Source: Ylistrum balloti
Taxonomy: Eukaryota
Length of the DNA: 64,000 bases
NCBI RefSeq assembly: GCF_031769215.1
Contig: NW_026782889.1
Location: forward strand, 1 to 64,000
Reading direction: 5' to 3'
Made by a program: the position numbers and the translations under genes. Below, piece by piece: positions 24,201 to 38,200 of the stretch. Below the pieces are notes generated by a model. The model did not search any database. It was not told the origin of the DNA and was given only the letters and a program-made list of their open reading frames with translations. Within the stretch, counting starts at the first letter, position 1. Each line of letters starts with the position of its first letter.

Positions 24201-25606
24201 TTAACTCATGTAAGAAATAAGGTTCGTTCATGAGATTTAAACTGATGATATTGCCGATGTCAATTGTTCTTATACATTTGTAGATATAAGTTAAATAAAT
24301 TCGAGACAAACTTGCACTGTTTCCTAATCTCTATTCATATTCAATATTGTTGCTCATGGCAAGGTTCCAATCAGAAAAAAAATCTAACAGATTAATTTTC
24401 GATTCGTTAGCGTTTCTGGTCATAACCATCTGGTTGTGGACTTAATAACTTAATGTTACAATGTATAATTTATGAACTTATAGGAGACATAGGAATCAGA
24501 ATACTGTCAAATAGACACTTTGTTATAAGATACCACGTTGTTAGACAAACTTGTGTTACGTTTACGAAATGTCAAAATATCTTGTTTTCTAAAATAAATA
24601 GAAAGAAATTATCTAGTGATTAATCATATCGAATAGTCCAGTTGTCTGAAACCTTTCATGTGTTGTGATTCGATATCAAACGATAGAAGAGGGCTTGTAA
24701 AATGTTGTTTGAAATATAAGTTAAATGATATATTAACACAGACGTATTCCATATTGGAGTCGATTGCTGACGGTGATGACAGCTACCTGCTCTGAACGTT
24801 TTACTCTGCTGTCAGAAAGTTTTTCTTTTCATGCTCATTTGTTTGAAGTACGTGGCATCGTTTTCACATACTTTACAATAAAATGCCATTCCGATCTGTG
24901 CATTTAATGTAAACCTCCGTTTGCATCTATAGTTATTTCGTCACCCATACAGATATTTCTGCTTAACGCCATCTAACAGTATTATATCAATAATCAAACA
25001 TTAATTGATGATCATTTTGTTCCACCCATAAACGAAGTGATAATTTTGAATCGCGAACACAATGTACACACGGAACCAACAGGCAAACTAATGAGCAACA
25101 AACATGTATAGTTTCATATTTGATGAAGAAGAAGAAAAAATCTCAATGCGATCACTATGAATATCTTAAAACTTCACCGTAATTTTCATCAACCTGCATC
25201 TATTGAATTTCTGTGTTTTGAGTTTTGTCGTCAGTTGACGATTTCTTGCTCGCAAATTGTGATCATGGAAATAAGCATTTAAATCTTTTTGTTTTCTGAT
25301 GGTATACAATTTTAGTGGATTCATTGCCGAAGAGAAAACAACCTCCATTTATTGTTCACATATAATATATATAATGATTATCTATACACTATGACTGGTC
25401 ACACTTGACGCTTTGTATACAAACTACAGTTATTGTTGAGTGTATATATATATTCTGTACCTATTACATATCTATGTTTCTGAACTATGATTTTATGGCT
25501 TTATTAAACTTATCTGTATTCCAGAAAAAATGCATGATTTACATAGTTCTTTTCAAGAGATAACAATCAGAAAATGATAGAAATCCAAATACAAGATGGC
25601 TGATTG

Positions 25607-26040
25607 AAGATCTCTCTAAGTAAAGATCTCTCAATGTGAAGATTTCTCATAGAAAATATCTTTTAGAGTGATTATTTCTCATAGTAAAGATCTCTTAGAG
25701 TGAAGATCTCTCAAAGTGAAGACATATCCGAGTGAAGATATCTCAAAGTGAACACCTCTCCAAATGAGAATCTCTCAAAATAAAGATATCTCAGAGTGAA
25801 TATCTTTCAAAGTAGAGATTTCTCTAAGTATAGATCTATCCCAGTGAAGAGCTCTCAAAGTAAAGGCATATGTGAGTGAGAATGTCTCCAAGTAAAGACG
25901 TATCAATGTGAAGATTTGTCAGAGAAAAGATTTCTCTGATTGAAGATCTCTCAAAGTAAAGATTTCTCAGTGTGGAGATCTCTCAAAATAGAGATTTCTC
26001 AGTTTGAATATCTTTTAAAGTAAAGATATCTCGCGCGGTC
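25607..26040. repeat. Degenerate 16/32-bp repeats, unit 2
   Basis: Orthologous to 5880-6300, with a clearer 32-bp period. Confidence 0.8.
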
Positions 26041-27049
26041 TCGACTTGGTAAAAGTGTAAATTTGTGAGAACGGAACTTAGAATCTAACTTTGTAAAGTC
26101 AAGAATCTTTTTCAGTCTGATTGTGTAGAGTTACGTTTCTCTAAGTAACTAAATTATTGAGGTCAAGAGCCAAATGGCTGGCGGTCTATTTACCCACAGA
26201 TAATTAGTATTCAGACATAATATCAGTTTGTAAAATTTGAATAACAACGACTGGTCGTCGGTGGAACCAAAGGCGTTTACTACTCAGGAACAGCGCCTCA
26301 CCACAAGTGTATATGATCCTCCTTGTTTGGTCCACATATATTTTAGGTTTTATCAAAATCTAGTTTGAATTGATTTGTCAACATGTTGCATATTCTTTAT
26401 TGTTTTGTTTCACTACACGAACGGTTTTGCGGGTGGACCGTTTAGTCCCCGTTCTTACTGAGTAACATTTTAAATTGCTTGTTGAAGATAAAAAATGTAG
26501 ACATAATGAATCGGCAGCCAGTATGGAAATCACTGCTTAGCGAAATACATGGTTACAGGATTAATATTGTGCTCACTGAGCGTTCAAATGATGTAATATT
26601 TGCATGTTTCGTTAAAAAAAAAAAATTAATGCAAGATTCGGACTCCTCGGCACCACTACAATCATTTTGGTGATTGCCTTTGTTCAATCTCTCCTACTAC
26701 CTTGAAATCCTTAGTTAGGTTGTGGATAATATTGGATTAGTGCTATGTGATTATATACGTTGATGGTGTAGAAAATAAATATTGTTACCAACATTTTAAA
26801 TTCTCTGATCATTCTATACTGATGAGGAGTGTTCGCGTCCTGGAACTGAAAAATCAACATACAAAAAAGATATCAGTATTGGTAGTTATGAATAGATAAC
26901 CAATGCATTCATATAAATGAAATGTTGTTAGAATTAATGTTGTATTAAATGTTAAAATGTTATCATTACCAATTATGCCCTAATAACAAATACATTGATG
27001 CATATGATAACAAACAAGATTTTAATATTATAACGCAGATAACGTATAT

Positions 27050-28330
27050 GTTGACATGATATCAGAGATGTTGATAACATATCAGTGATTTTGACATGAT
27101 ATCAGTGACTTTGACATGATATCAGTGACTTTGACATGATATCAGTGATGTTGACATGATATCAGAGATGTTGACATGATATCAGAGATTTGACATGATA
27201 TCTGTGATGTTGACATGATATCAGAGATTTGACATGATATCTGTGATGTTGACATGATATCAGTGATGTTGACATGATATCAGAGATGTTGACATGATAT
27301 CTGAGATGTTGACATGATATCAGATATGTTGACATGATATCAGAGATTTTGACATGATATCAGAGATGTTGACATGATATCAGATATGTTGACATGATAT
27401 CAGAGATGTTGACATGATATAAGAGATGTCGACATGATATAAGAGATGTTGACATGATATCAGTGATGTTGACATGATATCAGATATGTTGACATGATAT
27501 CTGAGATGTTGACATGATATCAGAGATGTTGACATGATATCAGAGATTTTGACATGATATCAGAGATTTTGACATGATATCAGAGATGTTGACATGATAT
27601 CAGAGATGTTGACATGATATCAGATATGTTGACATGATATCTGAGATGTTGACATGATATCAGAGACGTTGACATGATATCAGAGATGTTGACATGATAT
27701 CAGAGACGTTGACATTATATCAGTGACTTTGACATGATATCAGTGACTTTGACATGATATCAGTGATGTTGACATGATATCAGAGATGTTGACATGATAT
27801 CAGAGATGTTGACATGATATCAGAGATGTTGACATGATATCAGAGATGTTGACATGATATCAGATATGTTGACATGATATCAGTGATGTTGACATGATAT
27901 CAGAGATGTTGACATGATATCAGATATGTTGACATGATATCTGAGATGTTGACATGATATCAGAGATTTTGACATGATATCAGAGATTTTGACATGATAT
28001 CAGAGATTTGACATGATAGCAGAGATTTTGACATGATATCAGTGATGTTGACATGATATCAGAGATTTGGCATGATATCAGAGATGTTGACATGATATCA
28101 GAGATTTGGCATGATATCAGAGATGTTGACATGATATCAGAGACTTTGACATGATATCAGATATGTTGACATGATATCAGAGATTTGGCATGATATCAGA
28201 GATGTTGACATGATATCAGAGATTTGACATGATATCTGTGATGTTGACATGATATCAGATATTTTGACATGATATCAGATATGTTGACATGATATCAGAG
28301 ACGTTGACATGATATTTGAGGTTTCGACAT
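27050..28330. repeat. 20-bp tandem repeat GACATGATATCAGAGATGTT, unit 2 (expanded)
   Basis: About 1.28 kb and highly homogeneous, roughly twice the length of the unit 1 array. Confidence 0.95.
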
Positions 28331-30328
28331 GATACCGGGAATTTTTAAATGATAGCGGAGATTTTGACAAAGCCTCAAATGTTTAAATATAAATAGAAAT
28401 TTTGATATGAAAAAGGTTGACATGAAACAAATTCAGAGATGTCGACATTATAAGATAGATATTTATATAATAACCAAGATGTTGACATCCCAACAAACAT
28501 GTTGACATGATAACAGAAAGGTAAATATAATAGCAGAGATGTTTACATAATAACAGAGATGTTTACATAATAACAGAGATGTTTACATAATAACAGAGAG
28601 GTTTACATAATAACAAATGTTGATATCATAATCAATATGTTAACATCATAACAAAGAATATGACAAGCTAATAAATGCAATGAAAAGTTCCAGGGTTTCT
28701 ATTTGTTGTTATTGTTAGAAATAAGTTCTTCATTCTTCCAGAATATCCATTGAAAATGGCGACAGATTATGTAACGATCTTATTTGATACTAAGTACCTG
28801 ACGAGAAAGGCAATGAAACCAAGCGATGATATCGATATATTGTTACTACTGGGGTTTTTTTTCTAGAAAGAGGTGATACTAGTTAGATCGTTCATGAAAG
28901 ACTTAGATTATACGGGCATGCGAGTTGTTTCCCTTGTAACGATGAGATGTGTACCATTGTCCTTAGCATAAACAGTTTGTATTAAGACAAATCAAACTCT
29001 GATATCCCCCAGACAGTTTGTGGCAACAAAATCATACTCATGTTTCGAAATGTATAATGTTGTTTGAAAGAATCCCAACTATCGTCTTTTTCTATTACTT
29101 TTATGCCGATGAAAATTTGAGATTCACTCGTACTCTAGAAAATATTCCAAACATACGGCAAGAAACAATGATTGGTTTTGTAAATTTACTTTCAGAGATG
29201 TTTGTGATATAGATTCCAGATTTCGGTTGTGACATATTTTCCTGATTTCCGAACTAATACATTAAAAAAGCCAAGTTGTGTTTTGACGCATTCCATTGAT
29301 AAACTGAATGATGTTTTTATATCAACGACATTCTCAACAACATGAGAATGTCCATTTATATCATTTACCGAGTATCTTAATTATAACGGGGCTGCGATAA
29401 CTCATTCGCTTAGGAGGTTGTCCTATGCAACCTATTCGCGTGTTTCGACACTCCCTACCCATGGTTGTTTGTTTCTGGGAAGCTGGGAAATTATTTGGTC
29501 AGTGGCTAGGAACGTATTGTTGCTGCCCTTTGCTATGAATGCTATCGACCTTCAAACAGTTGGAATAAAGAATAAGACCGGACCTTTGACCAAAATGAAG
29601 GCTCCAACATCGTGGCAACAGTGATAATCTGGAGTGTTTCATGGAGGAAAACATATGAAGATAGTTACGTTGAAACCAGCGTTCAATCTTTTTCAGAGGA
29701 AGATTTGCACAAAATCTACCAGGTTTTTGCCAGTTAAAATTAGTACGAAGCTATATTCTGGAGCATTTGAACGATGAAGGTGACTATAAAATCATGATTG
29801 ATGGTTTTGTTGCCAGAGTTCAAATTCAGTGTCCCAATACTTCTGTCAAAAATTAGTAGTCAAATCTTAGTTCTGTCAGTGCCGCACTTTGTCCAGAGTA
29901 ATAAGTGCATATTCCCATTTGTCTTCTATATAGGGGCACCTAGCTTTTGGAGGACATACAGAAAAGGTATAAGGAGAAAGGAATTTCGGTACTTTATTCG
30001 GAAGATGGAAGATTCTTCTCGCGCACTGGTCCTTTTAGATATTTCAGACAAGGACAGTGATCCAGACCAATTAACTTGTGTAGATAATAATCACACGATA
30101 ATTGGAAACATAATCTTCCAGACAAGTAAATATGCTTAATAGTTTAATAGACGTCTTTTATTGAACTCGATTGTTTACAGAAAATACTTTTTGGCAGACC
30201 AACATGTATTACATTCGATTTTAATAAGTTAAAGATGTTTGCATCGTTATGGTTAATCAAAATTCTATCAAAGTGTAGACATTTTTATAGTAAATGCAAA
30301 CAGTGATAATCAATACTGATGTTTCTGA

Positions 30329-31075
30329 TGTAACAGGGTCGAAATTATCAAATTATTAAACTATTTTATTGTTTTGTCCGTGAAACACGCGTTACGTTTT
30401 ATTAGTCCGAGTTCTTACCGGTTGGCGTATATAACCGGGTATAGCGCGAGCACGTTCTTTGTTTGTTCTGTGTACATGTATGTAAGCATGTGGAATGTGA
30501 GCGAGTTGTGGTCATCGACGGACTGGACATGTGACTCTAGATGGACTTTGACGAAGTTGTTTCATTGGTTGAAAGTTTCGTACTGGTCTATATCTTTATT
30601 GTTCTTTTGTGTCTCGGTACATTTGAATTTCTTCTTTCAAGGCGTTCAGTTGAATTCCTATGTCATTGGATCGTTCCTTCGCATTTTTGGTATTTGTACC
30701 TGCTACATGTATTTGCCGACTGAGTGCGAGACATAGGTCTCTGGTGCTAGCCACATCATGTGATGTGATACGATTTCCTAGTGCTACGTCACATGCTACG
30801 TTAACGCACGATACGTGTTGTAAGTGTATTTATTATCTATTGAAATTCCGTAAATATTGTAAATGTTATATCTCTGTAAGTTTTGTTATCTTCACTCTGA
30901 TTGTTAATTTTTTGAAATCTGAATACGTATTTAAGTCATATGTGTGAGATGTGAGAGAGATTCTTATTGTGTTTTAACATGTTTCAAAACGTCTTCATCA
31001 TCTTCGATGAAATAAATTATCAAACAATCGAACCCAGCGGCTTTGTCATTATTAGACATTGAATGCCCCGCTACA
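30329..31075. mobile_element. Solo LTR (747 bp), Ty3/Gypsy-type
   Basis: Ends TGTAACAGGG...CCCCGCTACA form imperfect inverted termini. 4-bp TSD CTGA at 30325-30328 and 31076-31079. The empty site with a single ctga is in unit 1 at about 10850. Confidence 0.85.
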
Positions 31076-32073
31076 CTGATCACCAATACTTGTCTAATCT
31101 GAGTGTTTGCTAACATCACAGTTTTAATTGTAATAATTGCAAATTCTTTTTAGATCTAGTATGGTTACAAAACTGATCATCATACAAACCCGTTATGCTT
31201 AATAATACAATATAATATGCTTAATACAAACAAACAGTTGGTTTTCACTCACCTGTTTTGTCTAAGGAGTTAGATTTGTCTTGGCAGACACAAAAAACCG
31301 TTGTTATGGAGAATAAGATGTTGCTACAAGTTAAAAGAAAAATCTGTTAATTAAAGATTTCATTCTGATATTGAAAACAAATTTATTAACAATTTTATAA
31401 CCGTTTCACTCATTAACCAGGCTTACCATACAGATTTTGGTAATTCTAAAGTTGAGCCAAATTTGACACTTCTTTTTCTGTATATTGTGACCTTATGATT
31501 TGACTGATTGAGAAGAAAGGGCATGAATGAAAATATTTTCGAAGTAGGCCAAAACTCCAAAACGGCAGCAATTACGCCAAGGGACGAAAACGTAAAACCG
31601 ACATAACACAAAATAGGGATGTCAATCCTATCCAATGAATATAATTTTTTTGTAACTTAAAGTGCACATTTGCTATATCTTAGAATTAGCTCCGGTCTCC
31701 AAACAATGTCATTTATCTGAATTGTACACCTTTGACTCAGCGGCGATCAAACATCTGTGACGTCAGACATTAAATGTCAAAACACCCCATCGTGCGCTTA
31801 ATATTTGAGATATTGCGTTCAGCTTCTTCTGTAATATGTCCCGTCGACACTTATTGCGTAGGTTATAATTAAATGTCTACATAAAAAGAAATGACTTACT
31901 ATTAAGTACAAAAAATAGACTGTATGGAGGTATCCGAACACGCATCCGTTAAGTTAAAAAAATCGCACCTCACCCATTTCGTTATAGTATGGATTGTACG
32001 ACTGGAATCGACTTATACTCGAGAAACGAGATATATATGTATTTTCATGAAAGCATGAAACAACAAGTACATT

Positions 32074-33320
32074 TGTAACGTACCGGGATCCGTACCCTAG
32101 TCACTTCTTAGGATTCCTGTGTTATGAGCTTGACTATATAGTTCTATACCACAGATGCAAACATATACAAATACGAGTTACTGCCTTGTAACCAACATCC
32201 TTAATGTTTATTTTGTAGCATGTACAAAACCAACGCTACATGACATCCTAAAACTACAACCAAAGCTATCTGCTTAATTATTAATATAACAACTAACTAT
32301 ATACAAACACTATCGTACCAACCAGGCACAGCCCCACTCGACCACTACGTCGTAGCTCGCCCTAACTGTAGTCACTATAGTAGCCCTATGACCATGAGCT
32401 GTCGCTATACCTAGTCGCGCAAAGCACGACAAGCTAATAACCACTAACAGCCTACACGTGCTAGGGTTACAGCGACACTAATGACCACGAGTAACCCTAG
32501 TTCTGGGCGACTACCTATACTCAATGTATATATACGGGTATGGCTGCCCTAGTCGCGACTACACAACACTATAGTCACGACTACTCAGAACCAGTAACGA
32601 CTATACAACACTATAGTCAACCACTTCATGTAAAAAAAGCTCTAGCCACGACAACCTAACACTGTAGTTGCTACTTCGTGCACACAACACTAGCCACGAC
32701 TATATACAGCTCTAGTAGCGACCACACAGCCCGGTTGGCTTATAGCTATCGCCAACACCTGAGTAGCTCACTACCGCACACTGTCTTTTATTAATTATGT
32801 CTAACACAGCAGTGTTTCGGTCAAGGGAACACTTATTCCCAAACTACAGCCGGTCACATACACACTACTTACGGTACTAGTGTATTGTTGACGTTGAAAC
32901 ACCGAGCTCCACAATAGTTCTCTAGCAACTTGCTGGTTTTCGAGTAGTTATATCCGATGTCTTTACTAACGCCACGTAGCGGTGAGAAATGATATATTCC
33001 CCAATACGTTTTACTTGTGCCTATATAAACACTACTTCTGTCAAGCGTATAAGTACAGAGATAACCAAAAATGATTAACACCAGTCGATCTGTTCACATG
33101 TTTCTAACCTGAATGATATGCTACATTAACGGAGGTAGGATTACGATATACACATTCATCACATTACCCACGCCTCCGAGAACAACGTGTCCCACGTTAA
33201 AGAAAACAAAAGATATCTAATCCAGAACTCTCCAAGATGTAATGACATCAATTAAAGTATACACGTTGATTTGGCACAAAACTCTGATATACGTGTGAAT
33301 GAATGAACCCCGTTATGTCA
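32074..33320 (-). mobile_element. 3' LTR of a minus-strand Gypsy element
   Basis: Begins TGTAACG exactly where homology to unit 1 (aagtacatt|gtatg) breaks and ends ...ATGTCA. It is followed on the plus strand by cttctcttttt, the polypurine tract on the minus strand. Segment 32780-33020 recurs at 35110-35281 plus 38738-38840. Confidence 0.65.
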
Positions 33321-33329
33321 CTTCTCTTT

Positions 33330-33880
33330 TTACTGATTCCTTGAGCAACCGGGACACAAAATGGGGACTTCCTTGAACTCAACAACCTCAACTGATTTGT
33401 CACAATTCTTGTATCTGGTTGTTGTAGTGACAGTTTGCCTGGACTGGACAGGGAGGGTTTGCACGGCCACTGTTTTCATCAAAGGTGTCTGTTTTACCCA
33501 TGAAGCACTAGGCGTCACAACAGCCTGTGGAATGGTGTTCCTGATGTCTTTAGGGTGGAGTCTTTCTGCTAGATCTTGGGCTGTCACAGTAGTCCGCGGA
33601 CGTTTCAAAGATACTGGTAGGGAAGGCTGTGTTCTCTTTCTTATGATCCTTCCAATCAGTAGTTCTTCCTCGTCTTTCTCGACAACTTCATCGCCAGAGG
33701 ATTCCACGACCTCATCCTCTGAGCTAGACACGATCAATTCCCCGGATATTGTTGTTGCCAGTCTTCCATTGACCCACTCGCAGCGTCGCCCTCCCGAGCA
33801 CCTTGGGGCCGTCTCGTCCTGTATCTGCCGTCGTATGGGCACACAAGGGACACTTTTTCAAGTTTTCTTGGTGTTTACCA
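33330..33880 (-). pseudogene. Additional ORF between Gypsy integrase and PPT (acidic tract, basic patch, CxxC motifs), disrupted at the 5' end
   Basis: ORF track 33330..33842. An upstream ATG (MVNTKKT*) and an alternative-frame KCPLCAH imply a frameshifted longer ORF. The stop abuts the PPT. Confidence 0.5.
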
Positions 33881-33949
33881 TGATCCTCCTACAACGACAC
33901 AACTATTCCTTAATATAGTGTTAGCACAAATAATTTGTCCTACTTGTAT

Positions 33950-35075
33950 CTAATATTCTGAAGTATAACTAGAATGCCATGGAGGTGGTCGTCGGGTACG
34001 TGTTTGCCTGGTGTTGCTCTCTAACCCTTTCTGACTGAATCACTGCCAATCACAGCATTCGCCACCTCTAAAGCAACATCATCCATCACACTCTCATTCT
34101 TTTTCCTAGATGACGCAGCATGCTCCTCTTTCAAATAACTGAAACAATTTTCGTCGGCCTGTGTTTGTCGATCTGTCAACCCCTGGCTTCTTTAGTATCT
34201 TCCCCATCCATGGCCTGGCCCACTTGTAACTTCATACGGTCTGCATGGATGACTTGTGCCTTCCCCTTGCGTCCACAACACACTCGGTAAGTGACGTCTG
34301 TCAACTTCGCTAGCAGCTTGAACGGTCCTTTTCACCGACTTACTAACTTGTGACTTCGTCCTAACTTCACATTGGGAAAGAACACAAAAACTTCATTGCC
34401 TGGTTTGAAGTTCTGCCAGGACAGCTTGGAGTCATGAGTCTTCTTTTGCCTCAACATGGCCCCTTTCACATGCTGTCTTACCATATGATGGGCTTTTTCC
34501 ATCTTCTCTTTTAGCTGCCATGCCCACACATTTTGGGGTATAACTTTGACATCACGAGGCATGGAATACGTAATATCCAATGGCGTGCTGGTCTCCCGGC
34601 CCAACATCATGAGGTTTGGAGTGTTGGCCGTTGTCTCATGTTCTGCTGACCTGTAAGCCATGGTCACATATGGTAGATTTAGGTCCCAGTCAGTTTGTTG
34701 ATCATTGACAAAATCTTTTAACATGTTAACCAGGGTCTTGTTAAATCGTTCGACCATGCCATTCGACTTTGGGTGGTAGGGGGTCGTCCGCGTTTTCTTG
34801 ATATCTAACAACTTGCACACTTCCTGAAAAAGAGCACTTCAAATTGGGAACCCTGGTCTGAGTAAAGGTAGCTTGGTACACCAAACCTACAAATCACTTT
34901 CCCAACTAGAAATCTGGCAACAGTCTGCTTCAACCAGTTGCATTGGTGCTCTCTTCGCTTAGACAGGAGACTTCACTCGACAACACTTTACACACCCGGC
35001 TACATACCGCTTGATATCTGCTTTGAGTCCTGGCCAGTAAAACTCTTGCCTAATCTTTGCTCGAGTTTTCTTCAT
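33950..35075 (-). mobile_element. Degenerate Ty3/Gypsy integrase
   Basis: FYWPGLKADIKRYVAGCVKC (zinc-binding region), RFGVP..SDQGSQFE, TTPYHPKSNGMVERFNKTL (rve core), then *KGPF...IHADRMK and a terminal RTRRPPPWHSSY. Contains stops, frameshifts and an internal deletion. Confidence 0.92.
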
Positions 35076-35109
35076 TCCCAAATGGCCAGCTGTCTTATTG
35101 TCATGTAAA

Positions 35110-35281
35110 TGAGAAAGAACTGTCCTTCGTTCTGTTATTAGTTATGTCTAACATAACAATGTTTGGGTCAAGGGAGCACTTATTCAGTGACTTCTATCTT
35201 CCCAAACTACAGCCGGTCACATACACACTACTTGCGGTACTAGTGTATTGTTGATGTTGATACACCAAGCTCCACAATAGT
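35110..35281 (-). mobile_element. Remnant of the second Gypsy LTR, left of the LINE insertion; continues at 38738-38840
   Basis: Direct repeat of 32780-32920 ending ccacaatagt. The continuation agttctc...gcaacttgctggttttcgag follows the LINE. Confidence 0.75.
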
Positions 35282-38200
35282 CGTGACGTTTTGACGTCAC
35301 TTCCTGGGTACAGTCGGAGTTTTTCTGCGCTCCGACAATCAACTTACTTAATCAAGCGTGTAAAATCAGTTGTAATGGAAATCGGGACAACTTTTTCAAA
35401 TTTGGCTGGTGTCTTGAGCAACTTGAGCTAGAGAAGAACAAGATATAGATCAGGATACGATGGGCGAAACCAAGGAGAAAGACAACAAACATGGTGCCAC
35501 GTCACCAAGGGAGTCAACAGGCAAAACACAGGCAACGCGATCGTCTAGTAGGAGCGACATACAAGGCAGCAGAAGCAGGTACAAGGAAAATGAATCATCT
35601 TTCCAATTGAATTGGAATTGTGATGATGTACATGATAACCGGTATGAATGTTTTGTGTGTAAAGCGGAAGTTTCGATGAGTTCGAAACTTTTAGAATGCG
35701 GACGCTGCAAAGAACGATTTTGCATAAAAAGCCTGAAAATCAAGGACAATGAATATAAAATCTTAAGTCGAACCGACTTCATGGTGTTTTGTATAGAATG
35801 CCGGCCTTATGTAGAAAAAAGCATATTCGGTCGACAGAACGATAGAACAGAAATGCAACGAAATATTCAAGGAATTTAGGGAACGAGTCACAGAAATAGA
35901 GAAGTTGTCTTGTCAGCAAATGTGACGAAAAAAGAGTACGTGAGATAGTGAAAGAGGAGCTAGGTCAGGAGAATGTCCGGGTTACAGATACAATGGAAGG
36001 GAAGAAGGAAAGGACTCGTACACTTAATACTGTTATGTCCGAAATATCGGAAAGGAAAAACAGAGAGAGAAATATTGTTGTTTACGGTATTCCGGATCAA
36101 ACAAGTACATCTGGTCAAGAGAGGAAGGAAATGGATTTAGAGAAAATACGGAAACTATTCTTGGCATGCGATTTGGAACTGGAGGAAACGGAAATCCTTC
36201 AATCTCAAGACTAGGAAAGTACAAATAAACAGAAAGTGCTGAAGCATCAAAGAGACCCATGCTAGTCGTTTTTTAATCCGAGCAAATAAAGCGGGACCTA
36301 TTCCGCAGTATTAGCAATCTATCACAGCAACTAGGTGTCGGGTACAGATAAACTTAATTTACTGGATCTTGTATTAACAAATGAGGAAAACATGGTTACA
36401 AATATAGATCATCAGAGTCCACTAGGAGAAAGTGACCACTGTGTACTTTTCTTTCAATTCGAATGTTACTCCACAACAAAGAAACCATCACGACCTAAGA
36501 GAGTATATGATAAAGCCAATTTCTCAAAAATTAACAAGGAAATAGGAGAATTTGATTGGAAAAATCACTTTAAACCAAACGATGTTAATAACAGTTGGAA
36601 AATATTTTACAACAAAATTAGGGAGGTTGAGGAAAAGTATGTACCGGTGAAAATACCAAAACCAACACATGCGAAACATGATTACCCAATCAACAGTGAA
36701 ATAAAAGAAATCATCAGGAGGAAACATTCTCTTGGAAAGAAAGCAATAAACGGTGGCGAGTATGCTAGGAAAGAATACTTCAGAATAAGAAACAAAGTAA
36801 GGGAAATCACGAGAAAATTAAGAAAACAAATTCGAAGACAAATTATCATCAGAGGATAAACAAAATCCAAAGGCTATTTGGAGATATATCAGATCGAAGT
36901 CGAAAAGTAAAGCTGAAATTGAAGATTTGTATACAGAATCTGGTAATAAACAATCACATAAAGAACAAAATGATAAGGTTAAGGCAAATATATTAAATTC
37001 TTATTTTAAAAGTGTGTTTGTTACAGAACCGGACGCAGAAATGGAAATCCCTACTCTTTCTTCTAAAAAAACACGTTATCCGATGTATTCAATAATAGTA
37101 GACAGGGACTCCGTTTTTAAGGAACTTCTAAAGTTAAAAGTCGACAAATCGCCAGGAATTGATAGGTTACATCCACTGTTTCTTAAGAAAATTGCAGAAG
37201 CAATCGCGGCGCCATTAGCAATTTTGTTCTCGATCTCCTTGAGGACCAGCACAAATCCAAATGAGTGGAAAAGGACACAAATAACAGCAATCTTTAAGAA
37301 GGGGACAAATGCAAACCAGGGAATTGCAGACCTGTGAGCTTAACTTCAAATGTGTGCAAAGTACTTGACTCTTTAATAACAAGTCACATCACTGATTATA
37401 TGAAACAGAACTATTTTTTTCTCAAAGAAACAGTTCGGATTCATGCCTGGCAGGTCTACGTCACTGCAACTACTGAAAGTTTTGGATGAGTAGACTGATC
37501 ATATGGATAATGGACACTCAATCGATTGTATCTATATGGATTTTCAAAAAGCATTTGGTACAGTGCCACACAAAAGACTTTTTGGTAAAATGGAGTGATA
37601 TGGAATCAGCGAGGAGATCGTAAAATGGACGGCGAGTTTCATTTCAAACAGGAAGCAAAGAGTCTCGTTAAATGATCAACACTCGAACTGGAGCGATGTG
37701 TCTTCGGGAGTTCCCCTGAGTTCCCCAGTGTTTGGACCTACACTGTTCGTCATATTTATTAATTTCTTGCCGGAAACAATACAGTCTGAAGCATATCTTT
37801 TCGCAGCCGACACTAAATTGTCCAGAAGCATAAAAGAAAATACCGATGTGAATGTACTTCAAGATGATATGGATCGCCTTTCAGCTTGAAGTGAAAAATG
37901 GTTATTGCAATTTCATCCTAAAAAATGTAAATTTTTGCGCATTGGCAGGCAAAGTGGAGACAGAAAATATTATTTAAACAACGAAGAATTAAAGGAAGTC
38001 TATCAAGAAAAAGATATAGGAGTAATTGTAGACAATTCTTTATCATTTGATGAACACATAAGTACACAGGTCAAAAAAGCAAACTCTATGTTTGCAATAA
38101 TAATGAGAACGTTTCAATTTCTCAATGGACATAACTTCCCATTACTGTACAAAACAATAGTAAGGGTTCATCTGGAACATTCTTTTACTGTATGGCATCC

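Noticed and set aside
33361-33918. 185-aa plus-strand ORF
   Set aside because: It is antisense to the Gypsy 3' ORF, and its low-complexity S/T content mirrors the acidic tract.
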